The notes beneath the pieces are model-generated. The model was not told the origin of the DNA, ran no database searches, and worked only from the letters and a program-made list of their open reading frames with translations. Source: Octopus sinensis (taxonomy: Eukaryota). Taken from it: DNA of 64,000 bases. Of this stretch, positions 12,239-24,307 are shown piece after piece; position 1 is the stretch's first letter, and each line of letters starts with the position of its first letter. Both the position numbers and the translations under genes were made by a program. The stretch covers positions 1-64,000 of the forward strand of contig NW_021832837.1 of assembly GCF_006345805.1 (NCBI RefSeq). Direction: 5' to 3'.

Positions 12239-15200
12239 ATGCCAAGACTGAAATTAACCGTAGATACTCCATATCCATTATTTGGATTTGATAGTGACAA
12301 ATTTGTTCACAGTAAAGCACATGTCATAACATTTGTTGAGAAAGATAAAATCGCCTACCAGGAAAATTTGCAAGTTGGTGATGAAATATTAAAAATTAAC
12401 GACAAAGCGGTTACTAAACTGTCTTACAAACGTGTTCAAAAGATTTTTAAAAAATGCGAAGGAGATCTTGTTCTCGATATTAGAAGAAAAGGAGACATTT
12501 TATATTATACTGATAATTTACACAAAGAGATTTTACCCGAGAAATCAGTAATTGAACAAAACAACTCAATATATTCGAGCCAATCAGAAAATCAGGTTTC
12601 TACGGAATACGAAAACATATCAACAATGTCGTCGTTTGATAAATTGACATCGTCTTCAAAAATAGAATATGTTGAGATGAATCGTTTCTCTGATCAGAGC
12701 AATGAAAATAAAATTCATAATATTCCAAATAATTCACATTCCATTACACATTTCACAGATTTTAGAGAAGATAAAAAAGGTTACTGATTTTTAAAAATTA
12801 ATTCAGGCTTGTCTGAATGTGAATTTAATAAATCAGAAATAGAAGCTGACAAAGAAAAAATCTCAGAAAATAGTAACTTAGGCAGATATCATGCAAAAAT
12901 GTGCAAGATTAAGAAACATAACGAATCCGAATACGGATTTAAACTAATGAAACAAGAAGAAAGCAATTTATATTACATTGCTGATATCATTAAAAGTTCT
13001 CCAGCTGATAAAGCAAATTTAATAAATGGGGACATCTTAATAAAAATAAATGAAAAATCTGTTGAACAAATGACTCAGATCGAGGCAGAGAAAACCATAT
13101 CAAGTTCCCTTGAACAATTATCTCTATTGGTTATGGACATGGAAAGCTATAAATATTTTACTCGGAATAATATTCAAATGTCAGGTTTAATGAAAGAAGT
13201 GGAATATTGTTCTAACGACGAAGACTGTTTTTATATAAGTTATAATTATTATAGTTTTCAAAAATTTCCGTGATGATTTTTACACTCAGAATGCGGAAAT
13301 CGACGTTCCAGCAAATAAAGAATCAGAACTTCTGGAAAGTCCAGTAAACCGAGAAAAAAAATTTACTGGTACGAACAATATAGAAAAACCCATCGCACGA
13401 TTATGCAATATTAAAAAAGCTAGAGATTCCGAATACGGATTTAACATCATTAAATTAGAGTCAAACGATTTACATTGCATTAATCATGTCATGAAAAATT
13501 CTCCAGCCGATAAATCAAATCTGAAAATTGGAGACGTCATTATCGAAATAAATAAAATTCATGCAAAATTATTGTCTCAGATTGAGGCTGAAAAAGAAAT
13601 ATTAAGTAATTTTGAACAAGTATCTCTACTGGTTGTGGACATGGAAAGCTATAAATATTTTTCTCGGAATAATATTCAAATGACAGGTTTAATGAAAGAA
13701 GTGGAATATTGTTCTAACGACGAAGACTGTTTTTATATAAGTTATAATTATTATAGTTTTCAAAAATTTCCGTGATGATTTTTACACTCAGAATGCGGAA
13801 ATCGACGTTCCAGCAAATAAAGAATCAGAACTTCTGGAAAGTCCAGTAAACCGAGAAAAAAAAATTACTGGTACGAACAATATAGAAAAACCCATCGCAC
13901 GATTATGCAATATTAAAAAAGCTAGAGATTCCGAATACGGATTTAACATCATTAAATTAGAGTCAAACGATTTACATTGCATTAATCATGTCATGAAAAA
14001 TTCTCCAGCCGATAAATCAAATCTGAAAATTGGAGACGTCATTATCGAAATAAATAAAATTCATGCAAAATTATTGTCTCAGATTGAGGCTGAAAAAGAA
14101 ATATTAAGTAATTTTGAACAAGTATCTCTACTGGTTGTGGACATGGAAAGCTATAAATATTTTACTCGGAATAATATTCAAATGTCAGGTTTAATGAAAG
14201 AAGTGGAATATTGTTCTAATGACAACAACAATGACAAAGATATTAATTTAGATTTGGCTTATAATTTTACAACTTGTTCAACCAGTATTATTTCTTACAT
14301 TAAATTTATTTTAGATTCAAATAATTCGGAATGCTTTAGAATGTCAATTTGTGAAAATAATGCACTACAAGAAGCGACTAAGAATACAACAAATTCATAT
14401 AATTCAAAAGTTTGTTTACTATCAATAGAAAGCGGAGAAGAGTACGGATTCACCTTGATGAGTAATCTCACAAATGATCTTTATTTTATTTCGAATATTG
14501 TAAAAGACTCTCCAGCTGATAAAGCAAATTTGAAAATTGGCGATATTTTAATAGAAATCAATAACTGTCCTACACATCATCTTCAGATTGTCAATTCAAT
14601 TCTTGAGAACCCAAAATATCTATTTCTATTGGTCGTAGATATTGAAAGCTACAACTATTTTATCACAAATGAGATAGAAATTTCAATTTTAATGAAAAAT
14701 ATCCAGTTTTTTACAAATAATTCTGACTCTGGTAAGTGTAATTTATAATAATTTTTGAAGATTATTTCGCTGAATTGACTTTACAATATGTTAGAGACAA
14801 AGGTATATAATTGCAATTTTAATTTTAGAAATTATCGAAGAAACTAAACCACAAACTAAAAAATCAACTACCCTTGTTGATAATTTTATACAACAATCGA
14901 CTATTAATACCTTAATTCACCAACCCAGAATGTGTCACATTATAGTCCAGAAAAATGAAGAATATGGATTTACTCTCATGAAAAATAATGTTGATAATGT
15001 CCATTTCATATCAAATGTCATCATAAACTCTCCAGCAGATAAAGCGAATCTTCGCGTTGATGATATTGTGATTGAGATTAATAATATTCCTGCAAACAAT
15101 ATGAACCATATTGAGGCGGTCAATGAAATATTAAGTAACTCTAATGGAACTTCCTTGCTTGTCGTCGACATTGAGAGCTATAATTATCTCACAAAACATA

Positions 15201-15823
15201 ACATTAATATCTCCCGTTCAATTGACAATATTGACTCTATTACAAACCATCAAAATATTAGTTGTTATTTTTTCAGTATTATAGTTCCGAATAACTACTA
15301 CTCTACTCCGTCATTAAAATGCAAAAATGATGACAGTTTTTGTTATTTAATTAATTTAGAATTGAATGAAGGTGAAAATAAAAAATCCCAAACTGCCAAA
15401 ATCAAAAATAGTCAAATTGATAAAATGTCGATTGTAAATTCTAAATTAAAGAGTTTTCCTAAATTTGAGAATAACATAATTTTAGAATCAAATAAAGACA
15501 AAAATTCAACACCAAACTGTGCTGCAAATGTTCAACTAGAATATAATTCATCCAACAAAATGTCTGTTAATAATGTCAATTCATCGTCTAAAGTTTTTAA
15601 AAAGACAGGTGATGCCTTTTAAATAAATTTAGAATCGACTAATGAACAAAATGATATAACCATTGATAAAAATCTTCCAATAAAGGATCACTCTTATCAG
15701 ATAATACCTAACAATATTCTCGAGATAAGAGATAAAATTGATTCTTTACCATGTACTCGGGTTTTAGAATCGAATTTGGAAGAAGTGAAAATTCGAACGG
15801 AACGATGCCAAAAATGTAATTAA
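12239..15823 (+). CDS. NHERF/PDZK1-like multi-PDZ scaffold protein (six PDZ domains), multi-exon
   Basis: Repeated PDZ motifs (C.I.K..E..YGF, SPADKANL..GD..IEIN, SLLVVD.ESY.YF) in ORFs 12197, 12809, 13491, 13993 and 14930, joined by introns mostly 24-28 nt (e.g. gttactgat..ttcag, gtgatgcc..tttag). Confidence 0.85.
13134..14219 (+). repeat. 502-bp direct tandem duplication (2 full units plus an ~85-bp third start) inside the PDZ gene
   Basis: tggacatggaaagctataaatatttt recurs at 13134, 13636 and 14138; the ORFs 13286/13788 are near-identical and offset by 502. Confidence 0.97.
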
Positions 15824-15974
15824 GTATTTATAATATTTTTTAGAGAAATTAATGGAAATAAATTTTAATTAGGTATACTAATCAATTATTAACTTTAAAT
15901 ATTATAAATAAAACTTATTTTGTTGAGTTTACAATAAGACTAACCATAAATTAAATAGTTCCTTTTTAAATAGA

Positions 15975-16125
15975 AGGGACGACCCGAGAGATTCCTTTTG
16001 GCTTCTTCAACGCATCTCCATTGCCGTAATCCGTGGCAACTGTTTCGCAATCCGCGAGGCTGGGAGGGCGTCCTAAACTGCATAGTCTTATTTCCTCGAA
16101 CGTGCCTCATTACTATACAGATTTT
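15975..16125 (+). mobile_element. Short 3' fragment of a CRE-like RLE retrotransposon (copy E)
   Basis: Translates DDPRDSFWLLQRISIAVIRGNCFAIREAGRAS*, homologous to the C-termini at 33716, 45856 and 53897. Its 3' UTR start (taaactgcatagtct) resembles that of copy B. Confidence 0.8.
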
Positions 16126-17288
16126 AAATGGTAGAGGACGTAATCTCCACTCGTCAGATGACAATTATGTACCACTAGACATTGAGAAATAACTACAAGT
16201 TCTTTTTTAGGTTCAACATTGTCAAAAAATAAGGAACAAGTGCAATATTAAAATCACTCAATAACTCCACACACCCTGTCCTTCGAAACAATTCCCTGAT
16301 GTTATAAACTGCTCCATAAAATCTATTTGACCATATTGACATTGTAGGCACACCTACCAATTTTAAAACGACCACACATTTACTGACTCCCCGAGTCATT
16401 AGTATAACCAAAATCTTGATAGATGAGAATATATCAGAGGAATCCCCAAAAATAATTTTCAAACTATTGGATGAGAAAACATAAAATAAAACCTTACATA
16501 CAACTCCGTCCTAATCAGGTAAAGTGTAGAAGATATCATTTTAGTCTTTTCCACTTGAATCTCTAACTTGCAATTAAAATGACACCCTCAATTCACTTCT
16601 ATTTGTTTAATCACAGACACATTTATTAACACTACGATGGTTATCAAATTCCAATATTGTCAAAAATCAAAAGCTGGCATTTATTACCAAAAATCGATCT
16701 TTTGGATGTATGATTTGTAAAGAAACTCCATAATAAAGTCAATATCTTGACAGCAATTAAGCATTCTTGTGACAAAAAACATCTCCGACATGCAGAAATA
16801 CACCACTTATGTGTCAAATTGTAGATAAATACATATATACGGAAATTTTGAAAAAAAAATTTAATGTCATCAAACATACACTTAACCTTCAAAAATGTAT
16901 AAAGAAGTGTTTGGATCATGAATATATTATATTTTACTGGACATTAAGAAAATGGATGCTCGCGAGTCCTCTTGGTTGAAGCAGAGGATCTGTTCGCAAT
17001 CGTGCGCGGGAACGCGCAAGCAATTCGCTCGGCTAGGCTATAACCCCTGAAAAAATCTTTAATTTAGTTCTATAAATTAAAAAAATTATATTTGACTATA
17101 TAATGAATTAGGATGTCTAAATTTTCATTCTAACTTAAAAAAATTAATTTTCTATGCTAGAAACTTAAATCATGTGAGAGAGATAAATTTAATCAAATTT
17201 TTATCAGCACTATAACTCAAAAATAACAAAATAAATCGAATTAAAGTCAGAATTAAATTATTTAAAATTGATTGCTGTATTAATTTAT

Positions 17289-19042
17289 GAATGAATGAAT
17301 TTTTTTTATTAAAACGGGAAAGCCGAAAAAAAGAGAGAAAAAGTTAATGAGACAAAGTATGCCTCTTTTCCGTTGTTTCCCTCTTTTTTTTAATTCGAGA
17401 TTCGAGAGAAAAAAGCTCTCTCAAGAACACTTCCAACCGTTTCCGTCGCGTCTTTCATCTCTTGAGGGATGGGTTGGTCCAGCTGGAGTCCATTTGCCAA
17501 TTTGATGGCATATCGTCTCGTCTTTTCGAGCTTAGTGATAATGCCATCCCTCTCAGCAGTAGCGTACCATCCCTCGAACTCGTAGGTAATCAATGGTTCG
17601 ACGCACGTTTTATAAACATATAAAAACGTTTTCGGACAAAGGTGGAAGTGAATTATGCTCCTGAGAATTTGAGCGCATTTCCTTCTCCTCGAGTCGATGT
17701 ATCTGAAGTAAGAACCCTTGGATCCAACTTCAACCCCAAGGTATTTCAGGTTCTCCGTTACTGTAAACCCATAGAGGTTTCTCGACGGTTTTCGTTTAGC
17801 TCCCTGTTTTGCAATCCAAGTGGCGGTGCACTTTTCTTTTGCGAGCGTCAGTCCTTTTGATATGCACCACTCTTCCACTCTTGTCACGTCTCCTTTTAAT
17901 TTCCTCCACGAGATGTCTTTTCTCCACGAAGCATTTGTTATTAGTATATCGTCCGCGTAGACCATAAGACGACTGGTAGGATCTTTCGGTTTTGGAATAT
18001 CAGCAACGTAAATATTAAGAAGCAGAAGGCTCAAGACCGAGCCTTGAGGTACCCCTCTTTTGAAATCGACTACGATCTATGGGGTCACTGCATCGTCTTA
18101 GCTTCTTTTCAAGGTTTCCCTTCCATTTTACAAGTTTTCCCAAAGATTCGTCTATCCGGGTTTTTCTTTGAGTATTTGACATGATGTATTTTCTGATTGA
18201 AGATTTTCGGAGAATGTCCAGTATAGCTTCTCTGAGAATTTTATCAAGTTTTTCAATTTGTATATTCGAAGAGATTTTTTCTATTGGATACGGTATCAAA
18301 TGAATTTTCATTGATATCTCGAAGTCAGACCAGATTGTCCGAAACGTATCATATCCGATGAAAAGATCTTCGCATATCGTAGATGATGTTCGCATACATA
18401 AAGATTGAGGTAGGTGATCACTACCAATGTTTATCTCAATTCTTGGTATGCTGCATTGATGAACAAGATCTGCCGATACAAGAAAAACTCCAATACAATC
18501 CTCTCCATAACAAGAGAAATGGTTTGGTTCTCGTGAGATCAAAACACTAAAGCCGCAGTTCTCCGATAATCTGAGGTGTATATGACCGTCCGAATTTGTA
18601 CTAGCACATCCGTACGATATGTGTTTTGCGTTAAGGTCTCCTATTAGAATTCCTCTATCATTTTTTTGGAAAAATTCTTCATTAAGATATCCATCCAAGG
18701 GATGTTAGTAGTTTCAATGTAATCATTTCGCACAAATTTTGTTCGACGATTTTCAAGTCCCTCACCATCAGATTGTCTTTATAATATATGGATCTCCCAG
18801 TGCCAGCCACTGCGTTAGGTCGCCATGGGATATCAATCGACTGAAAACCATGGATTTTGTGATGCTGCTTTCCCTTAAGCTTCGTTTCATTAACAACCAA
18901 TATGTCCATGTTTATTGATCTAACCAAGTAGGTTAGCTCCGTAGCCCGTTTCCGAATTTACCGGGCGTTGATAAGCGTAAAAACGCTCATCTCCATAACG
19001 AGCGCCACCAGTTTCAATAAATTTTTAAACGTTTTTTTAGTC
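17289..19042 (-). mobile_element. APE-type LINE with intact-looking 5' end, large internal deletion and (ATGA)n tail
   Basis: 12-bp TSD GTATTAATTTAT (17277-17288, 19043-19054). APE motifs INAR, VNETK, IGDLNAKH and GSDH run directly into RT motifs GVPQGSVLS, YADD and KYLG. Confidence 0.9.
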
Positions 19043-19229
19043 GTATTAATTTATTCTTTTTCATTTTGAGCCATTCCTTAGCTCTATAACTGCAATCTCT
19101 TGTTCATTATCACCAGTTTGACCTTCACTCCAAAATTATATCCACATTAAAACATCCATGTATGATTTGTAGAACTTACTTACAATTCCCTCTCAAGTCA
19201 AAACAATAGGAATAATTTTAATTTTTGCG

Positions 19230-20090
19230 TAGTATATTTGAGAGAACTCTCCAGCGAGGAGGTTGTAGTTTTTCTACCCTAACCATTTTCAGAATCTCAC
19301 GAAAAGTAATTCCAACCTCTACTAAAGTAATCTCACTTGTCCTTTTATCAAAAACAAATATGTCCGGCTTGTTATGCTGTACCTTGACATCCGTTATTAG
19401 CGTCGTATCGACTCAAATCTCAACATCCTCAGTTGTTACTAGTGATTTAACTACATGAATCTTCAGTTCCTTTGAATATGTGATTCCATATTTACGACAC
19501 AGGTTTAAATAAACACATTTTACCACCTCATTGTTACGTCGTATGTAATCACTATTTAGCATTTTATTACATCTCGTTGCCAACTGATCGACTGTTTTTC
19601 GCCAGATTTACAATGATTTGAATTTGATCCTTTTTCTTCAATAAACTAATTTTTGTCTTGTAAAAGGCAATACAAGGATTCTGCTTTTGGACTATTATTC
19701 TATTTGGTAAGCTATTCCGAAGACGATGCAATGTCGACGGTGGGGTTTTTCAAACACTTGAATAATATAGAGCAAAGAGATTTACTGTTAATTTTTATCA
19801 ATAACCATTCAATCTGAACTTATTTAAGTTCCCGTACTTTTATTTCCGAGGAATTATCATCCACATTATACTTCTGGGTTAAGAATCCCGCGATCGTGGC
19901 CAAAGTGTGATCTCCTTAAATTAACACCTTGCAGAATTCCAGCTTTCCTCAGATACACATTAGATTTTCTTTCCAAATCATGGAGGAATTTGAACAACAT
20001 GCATTTACTTTTGAACACGATTGAATTTAATCCACTCTTAAGTTTATCTCTTCCTGATTAAAGTCACTCTTTATTTGCAGGCTTAAATGA
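19230..20090 (-). pseudogene. RLE non-LTR retrotransposon fragment (R4/Dong/NeSL-like family 2): RT C-terminus, CCHC and RLE domain
   Basis: Minus translation shows TVDQLATRCNKML, RRNNEVVKC and VQHNKPDIFVFDKRTSEITLVEVGIT..VEK, the same family as 46249 and 52900. Confidence 0.8.
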
Positions 20091-20315
20091 AGTTTTGTCT
20101 CATAAAGAATACATCAAACATCAACATCAATTTCCTCAAACTCATGTGCTTCAATAATAATCTGTACAATATAATAATTGTTATCGAGTTTTGCTGATTC
20201 AAAAAATACTGCAATGTCGTGCATTATCTTAATAGTCGTGGCCTCTTCCTGGGTAAATATTTTTAGATTATCCATAAAAAGAAAATAGTTTGTGACAAAG
20301 ATAATCATTGATGGA

Positions 20316-20532
20316 CTATACCATTCTCAGTTCAAGTTTGACATTTTTTATACCAATTTTGAAAATTGAATGTCGCATTGTCAAATTTAAATATCGCATT
20401 GTCAAATTTGAATATCGCATTGTTAAAATTGATGCAAAAAGTGTCAAAATTGAATGTCGTATTGTCAAATTTGAATATCGCATTGTCAAAATTGGTGCAA
20501 AAAATGTCAAACTTGAACTGAAAATGGTATAG
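20316..20532. mobile_element. MITE with ~34-bp TIRs and internal 21-bp tandem repeats
   Basis: ctataccattctcagttcaagtttgacatttttt versus aaaaaatgtcaaacttgaactgaaaatggtatag; interior is (tgtcaaatttgaatatcgcat)-like units. Confidence 0.8.
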
Positions 20533-20776
20533 ACTGGCTAATATGCAGCTTTGGATATTTTCCAGTTAATTTTCTACTCAAAGAATCCATCAACAAAACA
20601 AATAGCTGTGAAAACAAAAAGTACCCTTGCAGGATTCCTCTTGATATTTTACTGCTCCGATTTCATGTCTATTAAAATTCAGCTTAACTCACCATTTTGT
20701 AACGAAAGTATGGATTAAACTAATCAAAGAAGTCCACACCATTCCAAAATTTTAAATAAGAATTCATGGCTTACTG

Positions 20777-20973
20777 CAGAGGTGACCAACCTTTTTTACC
20801 GGCGAACTACTTTTCATATTCTGATTTTTTGACGATCGACTTATTAATTTTAATAACAAAATTTTCATTTTGTAAGTAAAAGTTAATGGGATTTTTGACA
20901 TTGTAATCTTCCGATTATTTCGAATTCTGGCTCGTATGAGCTTATTGCTATTTTCAGGCAATTTTCACCCCTG
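20777..20973. mobile_element. Small hAT-type MITE
   Basis: Ends CAGAGGTGACCAAC.. and ..TTTTCACCCCTG; flanks GCTTACTG / GTTTACTA (6/8 match, degenerate 8-bp TSD). Confidence 0.55.
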
Positions 20974-22466
20974 GTTTACTAAGTCAAACGCTTTTTAGAT
21001 CAATGAATCAAAATTTCTTAATGAAAAAATCAAAAACTTTATCACACCCGCAAACTCTTCAACTAGGCAATTGTTTAACTATTTCCAAAATATATTTATC
21101 ATCAAATACTGCTGGATACATCTCAGCTCCGGTAATTTGGATAATGGTGCTAATTTCAGTATCTGGAAGTGGTTTCTGATTTCGAATATCATTCCAGAAC
21201 TTTATACATCATTGTCAAACCCATATTCACTAGTTATGTTAGGCTCTTCAATTCAGCGGGAAACAATAATTATCATTTCTAAATAATTTCCTGGATTCGT
21301 GATTACGTAATTTCTTTGCCAGATTCTTTATTAAAATTTAGATTCCAGCAATCTCTCTTTTTTGACTTTTTATAAGAATATAAACATAAAATCGAGAGTT
21401 TTTTTGGTCATATTAGGAAAATTGCTTCAAACAAAATTAAAAAAACATTAAAATATCTTTATTAATCAAAATTGCATGAAAACCACAATAAATTGATTTT
21501 TCAAATTCTCGACAAAAGAACCAATTACCGTCTATATAAATAGTTTTAACGAATATTGTTGTTTTATAAAAAATGGTTAAAATTGAAAAGATGTATATTT
21601 ATTATAATAGCATTTATTATTATATTTTAATTTCCATAGCCTTTCATAGACGAATCAGATCCTAAGCGTGATCCTGATCAAAAAAATCTTGATGAATATT
21701 TAAAGAAATTATTAAGGGAAAAAGATTCATTTGATCTAGAATCTAAAAGAAATCAAAATCGATAATCTATTTCACTTATTAAATTATTAATGATTTAATT
21801 TTTCTTTTGATGGCCTTTATAACTCATTATTTATTTATTTCTAGTGAAATACTCACCTGTTTCTAATTTAATAGCTCGCATTTAACGCATAATTTTGATT
21901 TTTGTGCCAAAATGTACTAAAAAAATTTTCCTGGTTATTGAAAAAATACTACTTTAATTCTGAGAAATTTTCTTCTCATATTTCGAATCATTACCATATT
22001 TCGAATCTTAGTTTAAAATAATCTGCTTTCTGTCTAGAAAGGGCCACTGAACTTTTCCCAAACAATTAAAGTAAGATAAATAATTAATTAACTTTTTGTT
22101 CTTAGTACTTTCCTGCTTAGCAGCGTCAGGTAAGTTCTCATAATTTTCTTACAACTATTTATCCCACTTTTGACCTGTTTCTTTTATCGACAGTAATTAT
22201 AAAATTTCGTAGTCTCCTCACTAATTTTCTTTTTTCGTCAAATGAGCTAACAAATTTGTATTCTACTATCATACTTTCATGCTTTATTTGGGAAGCACCT
22301 GTATATATATTCTTGTACACATTCTTTGATCTTAAGAAGATCCAAATATTTGTTTAAAAATTCAGAGACAGTCTCATTTGTGACAAGGACAATCAATAAA
22401 CCACACAATTATAATTGAACTTTGTGGTTTTTCATAAGTTTAATTTGTTCTAAAATTATGATAATA

Positions 22467-24025
22467 CAGTAAAACCTCTGGTGCTCGCCACCTCTGTTAC
22501 TCGCCACCTCTATTGCTCGCCACATATTTTTCAAAAAATTAAAAATTTCTAGTAAATTTTGATAAATATTCTATTGCTCGCCATTTTCTAAATCTCGCCA
22601 TTAATTTTTAAAAATATTTTTTTGGTTAAACTATTTTTTACATAAAATATTTCAACCACTGTTGCCGGCGTCACTCGTCAATCCGGGTTGCATGTAATAT
22701 GCATGGAACCTTCCGCCGAAATGATAACAGTAAGATATGAACCCAGGAGCTTCGGAAAACTACTAAGTTCTTCAAGCACTTCGGAACCGGATGTCTACTT
22801 CAGCCACACTCGAAAAGAAAAATTAGATGGAGCAGAGATACATGTCTTCGTTCGGGACGTCTTCCTCTGGATTAGTTAGTTTCCTAATAACATGTTCTCT
22901 CTGTCTTGATCTTATGTGGCTGGCCCAAGCGAGATGTTAACATTCCGTTCTCATCTTGCGGCAGGGCTTCTTGTTGTTGTTGTTTCAACCACGCTAAATT
23001 CAACATGCGTAAGTGCACAAGATTGTCTTTTAATGAAAAACGTCGCATTATTGCGTACATGGAAGAGAACAAAAGTCTCACGATGAACCGTATTTGAAGA
23101 AATACTTCTGTTTTGAAGAAAAAAATATCTCGAAGGGCTGTGAACGATTTAAGACTTGGAAAAGAGAAAATAATGTCTACTGATCCCATTTTCTCCAATA
23201 AGAAGAGATTATCTAACTTAACTTATTCTGTTATTGACACCGAACTATTAACTTGGATGGAATTCTTCAAAAGACATTTTAATAAACTTAAATTTGAGTT
23301 TATGTTAGAAAAAATTGAAAATGGAGAAAATCCACTGGAAGCTCATAAAAAATTAACCTTAAAAGACGGTCTTCTTTTTACATATTTTGCCTGGAAAAAA
23401 AGTAACGACCAAAACAATTAAAAAGTGTTTCGGACATTCAAAATGGATCGAATGTGAAAATCAACTCGAAAGACAAACTGTTGAAATTGATAATTATGAT
23501 CAAATGGTAAATATCTTGAAAATATGGACCCGGTGGATAAAAATGATTTTATTAATCATGAATTTACCGAAATAGATGAAATTGAAGATTACCTTAATAT
23601 TGCTGGAGATTCTTTCCCACAAAAATATGACGATGAAGATATTCATAATGACGAATCTCATGTAAATTCAAAAGAGGCTTTGAAAATGTTAAAAAGAATA
23701 AAGTCATTCTTTTATCAAAATGAAAATTTTGATATAAATTCGTTGGAACTAATCGACACAGTTATTAGAAATATGGCTGAATTAAAAAAAACTATTAAAG
23801 ATTTTTTTAGTTAATTTTTTCCTTTTAATTTCTTTCGATTCTCTTTGTTTCTTTGCTCAGATATGACTTGGAAGGATCACTTATGATCGGAAAGTAGCGA
23901 AAACCGAGATGTTTTCAAAATTTCAAAGTCAAAAAATTTATTGATTATTTCCATTGCTCGCCAAATTCTATTGCTCGCCATTTTTTCTTCGGTCCCGAAA
24001 ATGGCGAGCAGCAGAGGTTTTACTG
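22467..24025 (+). mobile_element. pogo/Tigger family A element, internally deleted
   Basis: TA-flanked TIRs CAGTAAAACCTCT(GG/GC)TGCTCGCCA with subterminal ctcgcca repeats. Remnants MRKCTRLSFNEKRRIIAYMEEN (HTH) and C-terminal ..EALKMLKRIKSFFYQ. Confidence 0.9.
22660..22982. mobile_element. 323-bp TSD-flanked insertion with a (TTG)n end, unclassified retroposon
   Basis: 10-bp direct repeat TTTCAACCAC at 22650-22659 and 22983-22992; insert ends cttgttgttgttg and is more GC-rich than its host. Confidence 0.6.
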
Positions 24026-24307
24026 TAGTTAGTTAGTTAAAGCCGTAATCAGCCGTGTCCGGCCATTGGCTGATCCTGCGTTGTCAAATGCCTCCACGAG
24101 TTCGAGTCCAATGCAGAGATCGTCCACGAGTCCCCGACCTGTGATGGCTGATCCCGAGTTGTCAAATGCCTCCACGAGTTCGAGTCCAAAGCAGAGATCG
24201 TCCACGAGTCCCCGTCCTGTGAACGATTTGACAAGATTTTCTTGGCAGAGAAGACAAAGGGGTAGGGTGCCAGGTCTTTCCTCTTCGACCGAGATGATAC
24301 AAAGGAG
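24026..24307 (-). mobile_element. LINE 3' fragment with (TAAC)n tail and an internal 78-bp tandem duplication
   Basis: Tail tagttagttagtta; TSD TATGATAAT at 22457-22465 and 24308-24316; duplicated unit starts at 24067 and 24145. Confidence 0.65.

Noticed and set aside
20308-20532. Repetitive ORFs at 20308/20316, and likewise at 42032-42650, 56593-56949 and 57891-58130
   Set aside because: They are incidental translations of MITE, microsatellite or satellite repeats lacking stops.
20990-21400. LRR/LRRcap gene fragment on the minus strand (APLSKLPELRCI, LEIVKQLPS)
   Set aside because: The pieces lie in different frames with stops, and no coherent splice model could be built by eye.
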